From: Octopus vulgaris
Taxonomy: Eukaryota
Length of the DNA stretch: 64,000 nt
Direction: 5' to 3'
Assembly: GCA_951406725.2 (NCBI GenBank)
Contig: OX597822.1
Coordinates: 87,792,001-87,856,000, forward strand
This document shows positions 1 to 11,982 of this stretch, piece after piece (positions within the stretch are counted from its first letter, which is position 1; every line of letters begins with the position of its first letter). A program made the position numbers and the translations under genes. The notes under the pieces are model-generated. The model saw nothing but the letters and a program-made list of their open reading frames with translations, was not told the origin of the DNA and ran no database searches.

Positions 1-474
1 CTGTTTGGCTGACTGCTTGGGGACGTCATGCGTTCTGGTCACCTGTTATTGTCCAGCCCTCCGGTTAGCTAACGGTCTGAATGTCATTTGCTTATCAAAT
101 GAACTGGTCTCCTGTTTTTACCAGACAGTGGTCTAACGTTCCGGCTGACTGATTCTCATATGAAATCAATTTCCAGTCGATGAAATGTATAACAGCATCA
201 CCCTTTTTCTTCTTTTTATCCTCATCATCTAGTTTCAGCTAGAAACAATCCAGTTGACCAATCTTAGCGTTACATCAGCAAAGAGGATGATAAAAGGCAA
301 TTACACATCTTTTAGAAATTTTCTTGCCATGAAACTTTTCTTGTGCATTCTCTTTCTTTTAAATTTTCATCTTTTTCTTTAAGTGTTTTTTTTTATTAAG
401 AAACAAAAGGTTGTTGAAAGCAGTGTGATATTTGATAAATTTTCAAAAATAAAAAGAATATATTTTAAAAGAAA

Positions 475-1960
475 ATATCCAGTCTATACAGGCATTGAGC
501 AGAGTGGAAACCAAGGCACATCTCTGACGGACCCCAGATCAAACTAGGGAAAAATCAGATGCTAAGCTCCCAATCCGAATTGTACTGACTGTTCCGGTGT
601 ATAAGGCTATCATTAGTCCGGTCAGTTGAAAACGTATATTTTGCAGCCCCAGAATCTTCCAAAGCACATCTCTGTCCACCGAGTCAAACATCTCCTTCTA
701 AAAGGTCCGCGTGCGTTCAATGAGTACGCGAAGAGCAAGGATCCTATCAATTGACCTTTTTGGCATGAACTTCGACTGCTCAGGCCACTGAGACGCAAGC
801 AGAGGATATTTCACTCTGTGCAGAATGATCCTCGCAAAGACCTTACCGGGCAGTAAAAGGAGTGTAACAACCCTATAATGGTTACAGTCATCTTTACCTT
901 TCCAGAGTGGGATAATTATGCCTCTTTTCCAGTTAGGCAGTATTATGACGTTGTTCCAGACTGACCAGATGATCTGCCGACAGAACAAGACTGCAGCAGG
1001 CTCACATTTCCTGATCATCTCCCTATGGGTACAACAAACACCGACTACCTTCTTGGTCTTCAGCTGATTTGCCACTGCACGAACCTCGTCTTCGAACAGC
1101 AAATTATAAGTGATTTGGCTCCCACTCAGTTCAATGCACGTAAGGACTGAATACTTGACTGAAATGTGGCTCAATCGAGTTGTGATGCGCTCATTGTTGA
1201 AACTACGATTACAGACCTAAATTTTGCTGATGACGCAGTTATTCTTGCTGATCTTTTGATATCTTAAGGAGCATTCTCCTTTCACTGAGTGAGGAAACAG
1301 AACCACTTGGCCCTAGAATTTCTTGGGTAAAGACAAAGATCCAGTCTTTTAATGGCTTCTTGGTGGACTCCACTTTATCTGTCTCTGCTGTAGGTATGTC
1401 GAGTAGTTGACTGCTTCACTTATCTCAGCAGTGAGATACATAGCAGCATTAGCTGAAGTCTTAAAAAAACTTTGATGAGCTGATGCAGTTATGGACTCAC
1501 AGGTCAAGGATGTTTGGCACTGCCAGTATCTGTGCTGAGGCATAAAGGTTCGGGTCTTTCGGTGAATGGTCCTCCCTGTCCTGTTCTATAGTTGAGAGAC
1601 TTGGACATTGTCCAGGACCCTCAGGAGCTGCCCGAACCTTAACTCCTTTGTTATCAGAGCGCTTCGAAGGATTACGGGTTACCATTGGTCAGATTTCATA
1701 CCCAACCAACGATTCTACTCAGAAACAGGGATGTATCCTGTATGATTTGGGGGCGATAGCTCAGACTGTTTGGTCATGTTGCTCAATTTTCTGAGTCAGA
1801 CCCGTGTTCTCTTCACTGAGAATCTGGTTGAGTTGACGGCTTGTGTTGGTCGACAATATGCCACATGGTCACATACTCGACGGAACGACCGACAAATAGT
1901 GAATGCAGCAATGCACTGCAACAGCGCATGCCCCCACATCTAACCTATGACTCAAATGCA
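475..1960. mobile_element. Decayed non-LTR retrotransposon (RTE-like RT) with an inverted 5' segment
   Basis: Minus ~1110->475 encodes WKRGIIIPLWKGK..DCNHYR..LPGKVFARII..GVRQ..NACIDWI; plus ~1110->1950 continues ITDLNFADDAVILA..ISWVKTKIQ..ETWTL..LRLFGHVA. Confidence 0.8.
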
Positions 1961-2344
1961 TTTTCAACACCAATTTTCTTGAATTCCTTGTATAGAAGTA
2001 AACATCCTTTTCCCTACATACATGCACACGTATACATACATACATATATATTATATTTAATAAACACGATACGTTTTTGTGTTACTATTAGTATCATGTC
2101 CTGAGAACATGTCAAACAATGTTATATAACACACCTGACATCTCAATAAAGTCATCAGGCACAGCCCACATGGTATAACGAACTAATAATAGCATATAAA
2201 AACATGTATTGTGTTTATTAAATATTTATCTCACACCAGATGGAGTACTTTTTTGTTGATCTTACCATCATGGAACAGTACATTGCACATACATACAAAT
2301 ATATATACATGTTCACATATAAATGTATCTATACGTATAGATAC

Positions 2345-2815
2345 ATGGTGGTTGTCTACTCTTCATGCAGTGTCTGACCATCTCTTGTACTTACACCTTA
2401 GATCCATTATAGCTTCTAATGTGGTTTTTTAAACCAGATATTGTATTGAAAAGGCACCTACATAGATTGCATATCTGATTTGGACCACCAAGAGCTGCAG
2501 TTAAGTTCTGATCTTTGTGGATCTTAAAATGTCTTTTGAAGCCTCCATTAGATCTGCAAACCTTATGGCATACACAGCACTGAAAAGTGTGCACAGACAT
2601 ATGGGCATAGTAGTTGGTAGAGGTTCGTTTTTCAGGGCTCTGCAAATGAGATTTGAGCCCAGCAAAAGAAAGGCATGATCTGTCACAACACAAACTGTGC
2701 ACACAAAAAGGTCACTGAGATTTACCTTCTTGATCGCAACATCTTTTTTTAAATCTGTCTTGAATCTTGCATGTGTCATCTTGGTCTCATCAAAAGCAAT
2801 CATTCCACTCCACAC
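2345..2815 (-). mobile_element. 3' end of an RTE-type LINE ORF with three C2H2-like zinc fingers
   Basis: C..C.RSCLSFAGLKSH, CCVCHKVCRSNGGFKRHFKIH and CNLCRCLFNTISGLKNHIRS, preceded by GMIAFDETKMTHARFK, with a frameshift; ends in a short UTR running into TATG-like repeats. Confidence 0.6.
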
Positions 2816-4399
2816 TTAGATAGATACATACATATATAAATACACACACATAAATATCATTATCATCATTTAACGTCTGTTTTCCATGCTAGCATGGATT
2901 GGACGGTTCAACCGGGGTCTGGTAAGCCATGGAGGCTGCACCAGGCTCCAGTCTGATCTGGCAGTGTTTCTACAGCTGGATACCCTTCCCAACGCCAACC
3001 ACTCTGTGAGTGTAGTGGGTGTTTTTTACATGCCACCAGTACAGGGGCAATCTGTGTAATATATGTAAGGTATACACAATTTATCAGCCACTAAACTATC
3101 AACACTGCTCTTATATGCATCATCTTTTTCTCTAATCTAACCACCACCACCTTCACCCCCCTATACACCGACACTAAACATGATTTTGTACAACACCATC
3201 GTTGCTGTCATCAATCATTATAATCCCTCCACTACCTTCAACATCACATACATCGTCACCACACCTCTGAGGCAACACCACTAGCTTTTTAGCTTCATCC
3301 ACCGGATGCAACACCTCCATCTCCAGCACAGAGCCCTTCTGTCTCCCACCCACTAATGTAGCATCCTTTCTTACCTTTATATGTCTGTCTTTCTCTTGAA
3401 GTTTCTTTATATAACTAGTAAATTTACAAACTCCAAGTTGTTCTTGAAGAGTCCATGAGTTAATCTATATTTTGTTGTACTCATGGTTACAGATTAAATG
3501 CATCTTTTATCTTTTTTTCTAAATCTTACTTGTTTCAGTTATTAGACTGCTAAGTCACCTACCATCTTGAAGATTTTTTAGTTGACTTTTTTTTAAAGCT
3601 TGGTACTTATTCTATCAGTTTCTTTTGACGAACCACTAAGTTACAGGGACATAAACACACCATCACCAGTTGTCAAGCAGTGGTGCAGGACAAACATATA
3701 TATGAGTTTCTTTCAGTTTCCTCCTACAAAATCCATTCACGAGGCTTTGATTGGCCCAAGGCTCTATTAGAAAACACCTACCGAAGGTGCCACGTAGTGG
3801 GACTGAACCCGAAACCTTGTGATTGGAAAGCAAGCTTCTTACCACACAGCCATACTTGCCCTATTGAGACATTTTCTAAATATAATTTAAATTACAGGGG
3901 GGAAAAACCCTATCAGAGTCTTATTTCCAATTCCATGACTAATGCAAGAAAATAAATGAGATTAACCCTCATGGACCCAAAAAATCACTACTCATCAAAA
4001 TATTGGCAAAAAGACCAAACCACCAATGCTTAAGCAACATTATTTTGGTTTGAATCCCATGAAGATAATTTTGACCATAAACCCTCTGTTTGTTTCATCA
4101 ACCATACAAAAACAGTTACAGAAATGATGAGTAAAAAGTATCACGACTGTTAAAGAGATATCCCCTTGACCTTTACGGAATGATACCCAACAGTAATTGA
4201 CTGTCTCCAATTAATACTGAATAAGAATAGTATTAAATATTTCAGTTTGATATTAAAGATGATTACTCATCAATCGTGCAATCTTTTTTAATTAACACGC
4301 CTATTCCCAAAATCAACATTACCAACTCTGAACAGAACAATGAATAACAAGTGTATAAAACCAATTCAAATTATGAGTCTAAATGAACAAAAAGAAAAA

Positions 4400-5760
4400 C
4401 ATTCAAGCATTCCATTCTATGTAAACATGAGAGCTAATGATTCTGATAAAATCGGTGATCTCAGGCCTGTACTGACTAGACAAGCAAAAAAAAAAAAAGA
4501 ACTTATAGGTGGTCTCTACAGGGATGATGTCCTTTTATTTCTGAACAACTGAAACTCAGATAGAATTATGAAATAATCTACATATCTTTTTAAAAAAACC
4601 CAAAAAACTTAGGGTTATCAATTACCATAGAAAGCAACCTATCTACAGGTAAATTACTGCATGCATTCTTAATCAAATTTTTATAGTATCCCTGCTGTAA
4701 ACTAAACTTCTAACCATCATAAGATTACCACTAATAATTTGGCCTAAAAATGTTTCTCTTAAATTGCCTAATCTTTTTGTGAACAAGCAAATTTTTATGG
4801 TGCCTTTCTTGTACTATAATAATGCTTTAGCTAAAAGTAGCTTTAAAGAGAAAATTTCCCACATGGGATGCATGTTTGGTGGATCTTCCCATAGTAATAA
4901 GAAACTATTAATTGGTATAATCTCCATTTTTAGTCTAGCTATAGCAAATCCAGTTACCAATTTCTTCTTCAAGTTCCTTTAGAAGCATTTCCTATCAGCA
5001 GCAGCAGTGCCACTGCCAAATAAGTATTATAAAATCTTTAGCAAGAATACTATTAAAATCTATTACTCTAATCTGTTGTCCCAGTCCAGCTAACATTTTT
5101 TACCAGAAGATCTTTAATATATATCAACTTACTTTTAATTCTAACTTTATCACTCCCCAGTGAATGCCAACTGTAAAGCTTGAGTCATAGTCTATCTGTA
5201 AAATTTAATAATTCTTCTACGATGTACATTGATTTCTCAACAAACCCTTTAAATTACTCTTCTAAAAGCACATCCACACATTTAGAAAGCAAAACTGAAG
5301 TAATGAACCTTCAATATCTCATTTCTTTTAGGAAAAACCAAAAAAAAAAAAAACAATTAAAAAAAACCCAACTTATAATTTAACCCTTTTGTTACCATAT
5401 TTATTTTGAGATGCTCTGTGTTTCTTTCAATTACTTTAAATGTAACAAAGAATTTAGTAAAATAACTTAGTTATCACTAAGCTAGTATTAGGAACATAAA
5501 TTGTGACTAAGGTTTGGTGGAAGATTTTAATTCAAGACTTATGAAGACAAGACATTTGTACTCAGAGCCAGTGGTGGTTTCAGCCAGGTTGGTAATGAAA
5601 GGGTTAAGTGGCACGTTCTATCCAGAGTTAAATCCTATACAGATAACGAAAAAGACCATGCAAACTCTTTACCTCTGAAAGACTTGGAAATTTTCGCTGC
5701 GAAATGGCTCAATTATTAACAAACACTCAGAAAGAATCTCTTACATAGAATCCTTAAAAA
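4400..5760 (+). mobile_element. Highly decayed Penelope-like element (RT plus GIY-YIG region)
   Basis: GGLYRDDVL (Penelope GLYRDD motif), KNLGLSITIESNL, YNNALAKSSFKEKI, IGII/WYN region, KYYKIFSKNTIKI, and LKWHVLSRVKSY after removing the MITE at 5384-5603. Confidence 0.7.
5384..5603. mobile_element. piggyBac-type MITE (220 bp)
   Basis: TTAA TSDs (5380-5383, 5604-5607); TIRs CCCTTTTGTTACCA / CCCTTTCATTACCA. Confidence 0.85.
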
Positions 5761-6167
5761 TTATGAAAAATTTCAACCTATTACTTACCTTCATCAATGA
5801 CACCTCATTTCTTCATACACAAATCTATCCTTCATTTAGCTAAGCATATTTCCACTGGTTTGTACACCCATTTAAATTAGTCTAAGTAAGCATGCCTCAC
5901 TTAACACAATACGAAACCTACCCACTACCTAGATGTTGCACTTAGTATCCTCATCACTGTTTGTTACATTGCTTCTTATACTATGTTCATATTTGTACCC
6001 TTTACAATAAGCAGCACACACTTCCTAAACTTTGTAGTAAGTAACCTCATTATAATATTTTTAATATTCATATCTTATAGACTAAACTGGGTTTTTTTAC
6101 ATATACATCATCTGTGATCTTTACTTTAGATTGTTCCCCCACCTCCAGTCTCTGACTTTGATATTTT

Positions 6168-6171
<4 letters not shown>

Positions 6172-6219
<48 letters not shown>

Positions 6220-6690
6220 AATTATTGTATACAGTGCTCCGGTGCACCACAACTTGTCAAAAGTGCATATAAAGTATATGCAGTAATGTACAAATGTCTG
6301 GAAAGCGAACAGTGTATGAGTCAGATACATGCTTGCGTGTGTATGGAGTGGAGAAAATCAGGTGTAGTGTTGGCGAATCTCAGGAAGCATGGAAGTTTTG
6401 AAGGATGCAGTGCTCCGACAACTAACAACTGATGCCGGCAGTCTGTTTCATGCTTCAGCAACTCTTAGCGTGAAAAAATGTTTCCGAAAGTCATGGGAGC
6501 TGTGTTGTTTTCTGACTTTGTAAACATATCCACGGGTGTTAGACAGGTGGAGTTTGAAAAGGTACTCAGAGTTATTGTTTGTAAGATGGTTAATAATTTT
6601 ATGGGTGTCTGCCAAGTCAGCAGCCAGACGTTGGAGTTTCAAAGTGTCCATGCCCAGGGAAGTAAGGCATTCAGAATATGGCAGAATTTT
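6172..6690 (-). mobile_element. 3' fragment of a CR1-like LINE with an (ATT)n tail
   Basis: LPYSECLTSLGMDTLKLQRLAADLADTHKII...NTRGYVYKV...RKHFFTLRVAEA*N resembles the CR1 ORF2 C-terminus; tail at 6172-6217. Confidence 0.8.
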
Positions 6691-6899
6691 AGATTTCATT
6701 AATTTATTTTTCTGACATGTCTTCTCTTATCTCTCTCCAGTTCATTTAATTCATTCTCTTAGTCAATATGGCTGTTGTTATAAAGAGCATCTGGCTATAG
6801 AAACTACACCAAAGCAGACACTGGATCATGTAGTTGTAAAACCCACTCGATCATGTCAAACCATGCCAGAAAACTGGATACAGGTATCTTCAGAAGGAT

Positions 6900-7750
6900 C
6901 TTTAATCTATCATCATCAAAGAGATTCTTAACAGGGCAGCAACTCCATTATAATGAGATTCCAGCAAAGAGTATCTTTAATGATAAAATAGTATACATGG
7001 AGGATTCTCCACCTAGGATCCTCCATGTATTAGATGCATACCCCAGACCATAAGTTAGAAAACAAAAAGTTATCTGATATTCATTCAACCTCGATGTCTC
7101 TACCAATTCAGCCAAAAGAATTTAAGCAACATTTCCTTAGATACCTATTTCTTTATTACCCACAAGGGGCTAAATACAGAGGGGACAAACAAGGACAGAC
7201 ATAGGTATTAAGTCGATTATATCGACCCCAGTGCGTAACTGGTACTTAATTTATCGACCCCGAAAGGATGAAAGGCAAAGTCGACCTCGGCGGAATTTGA
7301 ACTCACAACGTAACGCAGACGAAATACCGTAAAGCATTTCACCCGGCGTGCTAACGTTTCTGCCAGCTGCCAGATACCATTAACTTCTAAATTTCCATAG
7401 TGTTAAAGCCTGCTATTAATGTTTAGACAACTTGCACACAATCTCCATCCCACACTCCCATCTGCAATTTTCAAAATCCTACCAAATGTCCACCGGGTGG
7501 ATCTGCCTTTCAAATGCCATGCTGTATAGAGCCATTTTCACACCACCCAATGGTATAAAAAGATTTTACATGGGTATGACAGCCAACAACTTCAAGAGGA
7601 GATACTTGTAGGATATGCACTCCTTCACATGCAGGCACAGGGAAAACTAATTCCTTGTCCTGCTACACTTGGAGACTATGTGACCACAGCAACAACTAAC
7701 TCAACATCAATTGGAGTATACTTGACAGGGTCTCACCTTACTTGCAATTG
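6900..7750 (+). mobile_element. Second decayed Penelope-like fragment (GIY-YIG region), interrupted by a SINE
   Basis: KCPPGG...MLYRA...KRFYMGMTANNFKRRY resembles the PLE endonuclease (Y.G.T...FK.R). Confidence 0.5.
7137..7372 (-). mobile_element. SINE family B, well-preserved copy (GAGCTGGCAGAA...GAGTTCAAATTCCGCCGAGGTCGAC...)
   Basis: B-box-like GAGTTCAAAT; >20 related copies, e.g. 12080-12200, 12390-12590, 32460-32790, 33090-33235, 34292-34755, 35220-35420, 38700-38910, 48398-48620. Confidence 0.8.
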
Positions 7751-7804
7751 CTTGAGTTTCATACTGTTCTCACAGAAGATAAGTACTTTTAATATATTTC
7801 AAAC

Positions 7805-8080
7805 CATCATCATTGTTTCGTTTAACGTCCGTTTTCCATGCTAGCATGGGTTGGATGGTTCAACTGGGGTCTGGGAAGCCAGAAGGCTGCGCCAGGCCCA
7901 GTCTGATCTGGCAGTGTTTCTACAGCTGGATGCCCTTCTTAACGCCAACAACTCCGTGAGTGTAGTGGGTGCTTTTTACGTGCCACCTGCACAGGTGCCA
8001 GACGAGGCTGGCAAACGGTCACGATCGGATGGTGCTTTTTACATGCCACTGGCACGGGGCCAGATGAGGCTGGCAACGGA
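7805..8080 (-). mobile_element. Repeat family C: short element/3' end sharing the RTE LINE tail (...GGGCATCCAGCYGTAGAAAC...GGACGTTAAACGATGATGAT)
   Basis: Copies at 2858-3050, 8545-8678, 22432-22618 and 34790-35200; the same sequence forms the 3' end of the LINE at 25350-27205. Confidence 0.8.
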
Positions 8081-9710
8081 CGGTCCCTGATAATCTCGAT
8101 ACACCACCCTCAACTAGGTGACCTATATTTGTTATCCATACAGACACTACCAACATTCTTGCATTTCAATGATCCAGTAGACATGCCACCTCTATCTACA
8201 TCAAGCACCACACACTGATGACAAAATGGCATTCATCTATTGTCACTAAGTTATTATTACATCCATGTGACTGGAACTGATCACTGGATGTTAAACTTTT
8301 TTTCTGTTATGCAGAAGCCACTCCTTAACACTTCATGCTTCATTGACTAAACAACATTAATATCCATGTGGAGGGTTAGATCAATTATTACAACAATGTG
8401 ACCCAAATTGACAAATGGTGATTAAATTCTCTAAGAAAGAAGCCAACTTGTTTTTTCTCCATTTTGTCGCAATCCACTCCAATCCATATGTCCAAGGAAT
8501 TGGTCATATTTTCTTCAAATCCATGAAACTTGAAACATGAGGAGTTGGAAGGGCATCAAGCCATAGAAATCATCCCAAATCAGACTAGGATCTGGTGCAG
8601 CTTTCCAGATTGCCAGCCCTGGTCAAACTGTCCAACCCATGCCAGCATGGACAATGGACGTTAAATGATGATGATGAATTCCAACAGTGTTGAGAGCTAC
8701 TTCTTTTTGTTTGTTTTCTCACTAACATGTGTGTGTGTGTGTTGGGTGCATCTGTAAACTTTAGCAGCATGACAGTCCCCTTCTGCTATAGACAACAGGA
8801 GATTGTAACAATTACAGCACCATCTACCACTGCTACCCCTGAAACAAAATCAAATAATGCTGATGCAACCAGTAAATATTTCATTGTTCTTTCAGCCTAC
8901 TTCAAAGTAAATGGGTTGGTTTCAATGTTGCTGTCATTATTGGCTATTTTACAGTGGACTCCACATCAAGGACAGTTGTAAACACCCAAACACCCAGTTT
9001 ACAACTGGCTGACCATTTAGTTGCTCTTTACTCTCACCTCAGGACTTTCTTCCACACATGAGTGTTATGCATATAATAAAACATTCTATACTATTCACTG
9101 ATCCCTGCTATGTTGTTAAGTTCAATGTCAGTCAAAGAGTACACTCCTGGTACTCCACTATCAGTAGAAGTATTGTATAGTTTCATCCTCATGTCTAACT
9201 TCTCCATGACCTCAAACTTCAGGTGCTTTTTTTTTATGATGCACACTCCATACCTTGTGTAGTATTTATTCCAGCCAAGTTACACAAATACTACTTTACC
9301 ACTGTTTCAATTATAAATGCAGTGAATCAGTGTCAGGCTCACCTATAACCCAAAATACCATTGTACACAAAATTCAATTAAAAAATAAATATAAACATGT
9401 CTTTGTGGTTTGCAATATCATGTATAATCACAGCTGAATTAATCCAATCCAGAATGAAAAGCTAACATCTCACCAGGTCCACCACCTTCACTGAAGTTTA
9501 TAATGTCAGACATGCAGACTATGAGTCTAAAACGTTGGACAACTAATTGATCATATGGTGATTTTTCTTCTTTTATTGATTTTCATCTATTTTCTCAAGG
9601 TTTTACTTGAATGGAGAGAAGTAAGTTTTTGTACATAGATACCATTCCTTTGTTGGAAGTTGTTCCTACTGATGTTAGATTTCATTCCTACAGCTAGATA
9701 TTGTTCCAAC

Positions 9711-9978
9711 CAGGGCTGGTTTTAAGCCACATGGACAGGTTTGTTCAAATTGGGCCCCATGCCAAGAGAGGGCTCTATGCATGTGCTCAAGTGGATATGC
9801 TATGATGAACTTTTAGTATTTCATTGTGGCTGATGATGAAGCCTCAAGCCCTCAATGCATTTTGGCTGAGACTAGCATACTACATGAAACATAAACAATC
9901 AATCTTCAGTTTTTGTAGAGTAGAAGGCCCCACTAACAATTCTCTAATTGGGCCCTTCACTCCCTAGCGCCAGCCCTA
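9711..9978. mobile_element. hAT-type MITE (268 bp)
   Basis: Perfect 8-bp TSD GTTCCAAC (9703-9710, 9979-9986); TIRs CAGGGCTGG / TAGGGCTGG. Confidence 0.85.
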
Positions 9979-10952
9979 GTTCCAACTGCCTAATCACTGA
10001 ACAATGAAATGCCAACCAGGTAAAACTGAAATAATCAGATTGTGTACTTTGTTCAGGACAACACGACACAATGATTGCAACAATTAAGTCCAATACTTTA
10101 ACATCTAAAGTAAGGCATATAACACTGCTTCTTTCAGTTTACATGACAAAAAAAAAAGCAGCAGTTAGTGATAATTTACTCCTTCATTTCCTAGCCATCT
10201 TTTCATGTATCAAATATTTGAAGGGTTTAGGTAAACAAACATTTTCATTAAGTTGATGTTTGGAATACAGAACACAACACAAGGTTCATAAATAAAAATT
10301 AAATATTTTAAAATAGGAAGATTTGTATAACAGATCTAGAGGCAGCCTCATGCAATTTGAAAGTCCAAAGTGCTTAGCACTATGAAAACTGTCCAACTGT
10401 TACATTTATGGCAACAAAAATCATTACACCCATGTTAATTATAAATTTTTAAATTAACAAAAATCATCATGCTCATGTTGCTTAAAAATATAATTAACGT
10501 TGTTTTGTTGATTTTTAAAAAACAAAAATTAACCGTACAGCCATCTATGTATCATAATTAATGCATATATGCTGTTGAGAGGCATGATGTGTTTTTATCC
10601 AGGAGAAAATCTCTTCATAGATATGTTGTTAAAAACACAATATCAGAACAAGATAAAATATTATCCCAGCAGTAATTCATAAGATAACCAGATGCATTTC
10701 AGCTTTCTTGGGCCTTGTCAATGACATGTACTCATTAGTCAGATACCTAGACAAAATCTGTCCCCCATGATATATAGGGAACAATAGATAATACTTACCA
10801 ATATTGTGAATAGCCGCTGGGCTGAATAAAAACTTATGTATGCAACTAAAACAGCTATCAATATATTATACGTCATGTATATATACAGTTGACAGGCAAG
10901 ATAGTGTGGTTTTCATCTGAGAGAAAATCTGTATATAAATATGTTGTTTTAA

Positions 10953-11147
10953 CCCTTTAGCATTTAAACCGGCCAAAATATTCTGCCTGTTTTATATTCA
11001 AACTGGCAAGATCCAGTCATTCAAACTTACCCAACAATGACATTCTAAAAATAAACAATCACATTATTGTAAACCAAAAGCTATGAGATAATGCAGGATT
11101 AATTCAAAACAAAGATTATTTGACAGAATAATCTGAATGTTAAAGGG
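10953..11147. mobile_element. piggyBac-type MITE (195 bp)
   Basis: TTAA TSDs (10949-10952, 11148-11151); TIRs CCCTTTAGCATT / CCCTTTAACATT; related copy at ~23055-23275. Confidence 0.82.
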
Positions 11148-11836
11148 TTAAAGACAAGATATATACAAGAGAGAAAGAGACAAAAAAAAAAAAAAAAGAA
11201 AACCATCCTGCCAGTGACTCATGAGAACACGAAATGTATTTTGGCCTCCTTGAAAGTTGTTTGTATTTAGCTTGGCAAGCTTTCTGCACTGTCAGTGAAT
11301 GTATTAGTCGTGGTTTCCAATATGTTGAAGGGGACAGATTTTGTCTGTGCGCCCCCAAAAAAGGGCAAAATAAATCTGGTATTTTTTATGAATCACTGCT
11401 AGGACCATGTTCACCATCCTCTGATATATATATAATGTTTTCAACACAGCAGGTCTACAAAACAGATTCAGGCAAAGATCCATAGCATCATTGTCCTCAA
11501 TGGTGCATATGTTAAGTATGATATATAGATGGCTATATAATATGATGCTGTTTCGATTGTATACACTGAGATTTTAACAATATTCTTGTAAATTATGATC
11601 AACTTTTAACAAATTCTTATATTATTTTACAGTTCATATCATTTAAAAAAAATGAACAACCTTGAAATATTGTCAAATAAGATGTGGAAAGTCATTAAAA
11701 ACAATAATAAAACTTGTTAAGTTGTTTTGTATCTTTTTTAAAAAAAAACTATGATATAAATGGTGGTAAAAAATGAAAGGGGAGGGAAATCTGGAAAAAA
11801 AAAAATTCTATAGATACAATAATTAGAAGACAGGTG

Positions 11837-11982
11837 TCAAGGCTGAGCAGTATCTTCAGAGGAAGGACTAACCACAGAGGGATCTGGGATTGAACCAGTG
11901 TCAGTCTTTAGTTTTTTCTTAGCTCGAGTGTCAGCCAGGACCTGTTCAATAGTTCTGGAGTCTCGCTTGTTTTCACTCGGAA
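11837..11982 (-). CDS. SPAG7: SPAG7 coding exon 7 (VPSENKRDSRTIEQVLADTRAKKKLK...AQP*)
   Basis: Acceptor cttctgacag; TGA at 11839-11837; 146 nt; C-terminal part of track ORF 11837..12091. Confidence 0.93.

Noticed and set aside
95-240. Possible minus-strand exon (LKLDDEDKK...GDAVIHFIDWKLISYENQSAGTLDHCL) after tttctag
   Set aside because: Weak donor, no recognisable homology and at the window edge; cannot be supported
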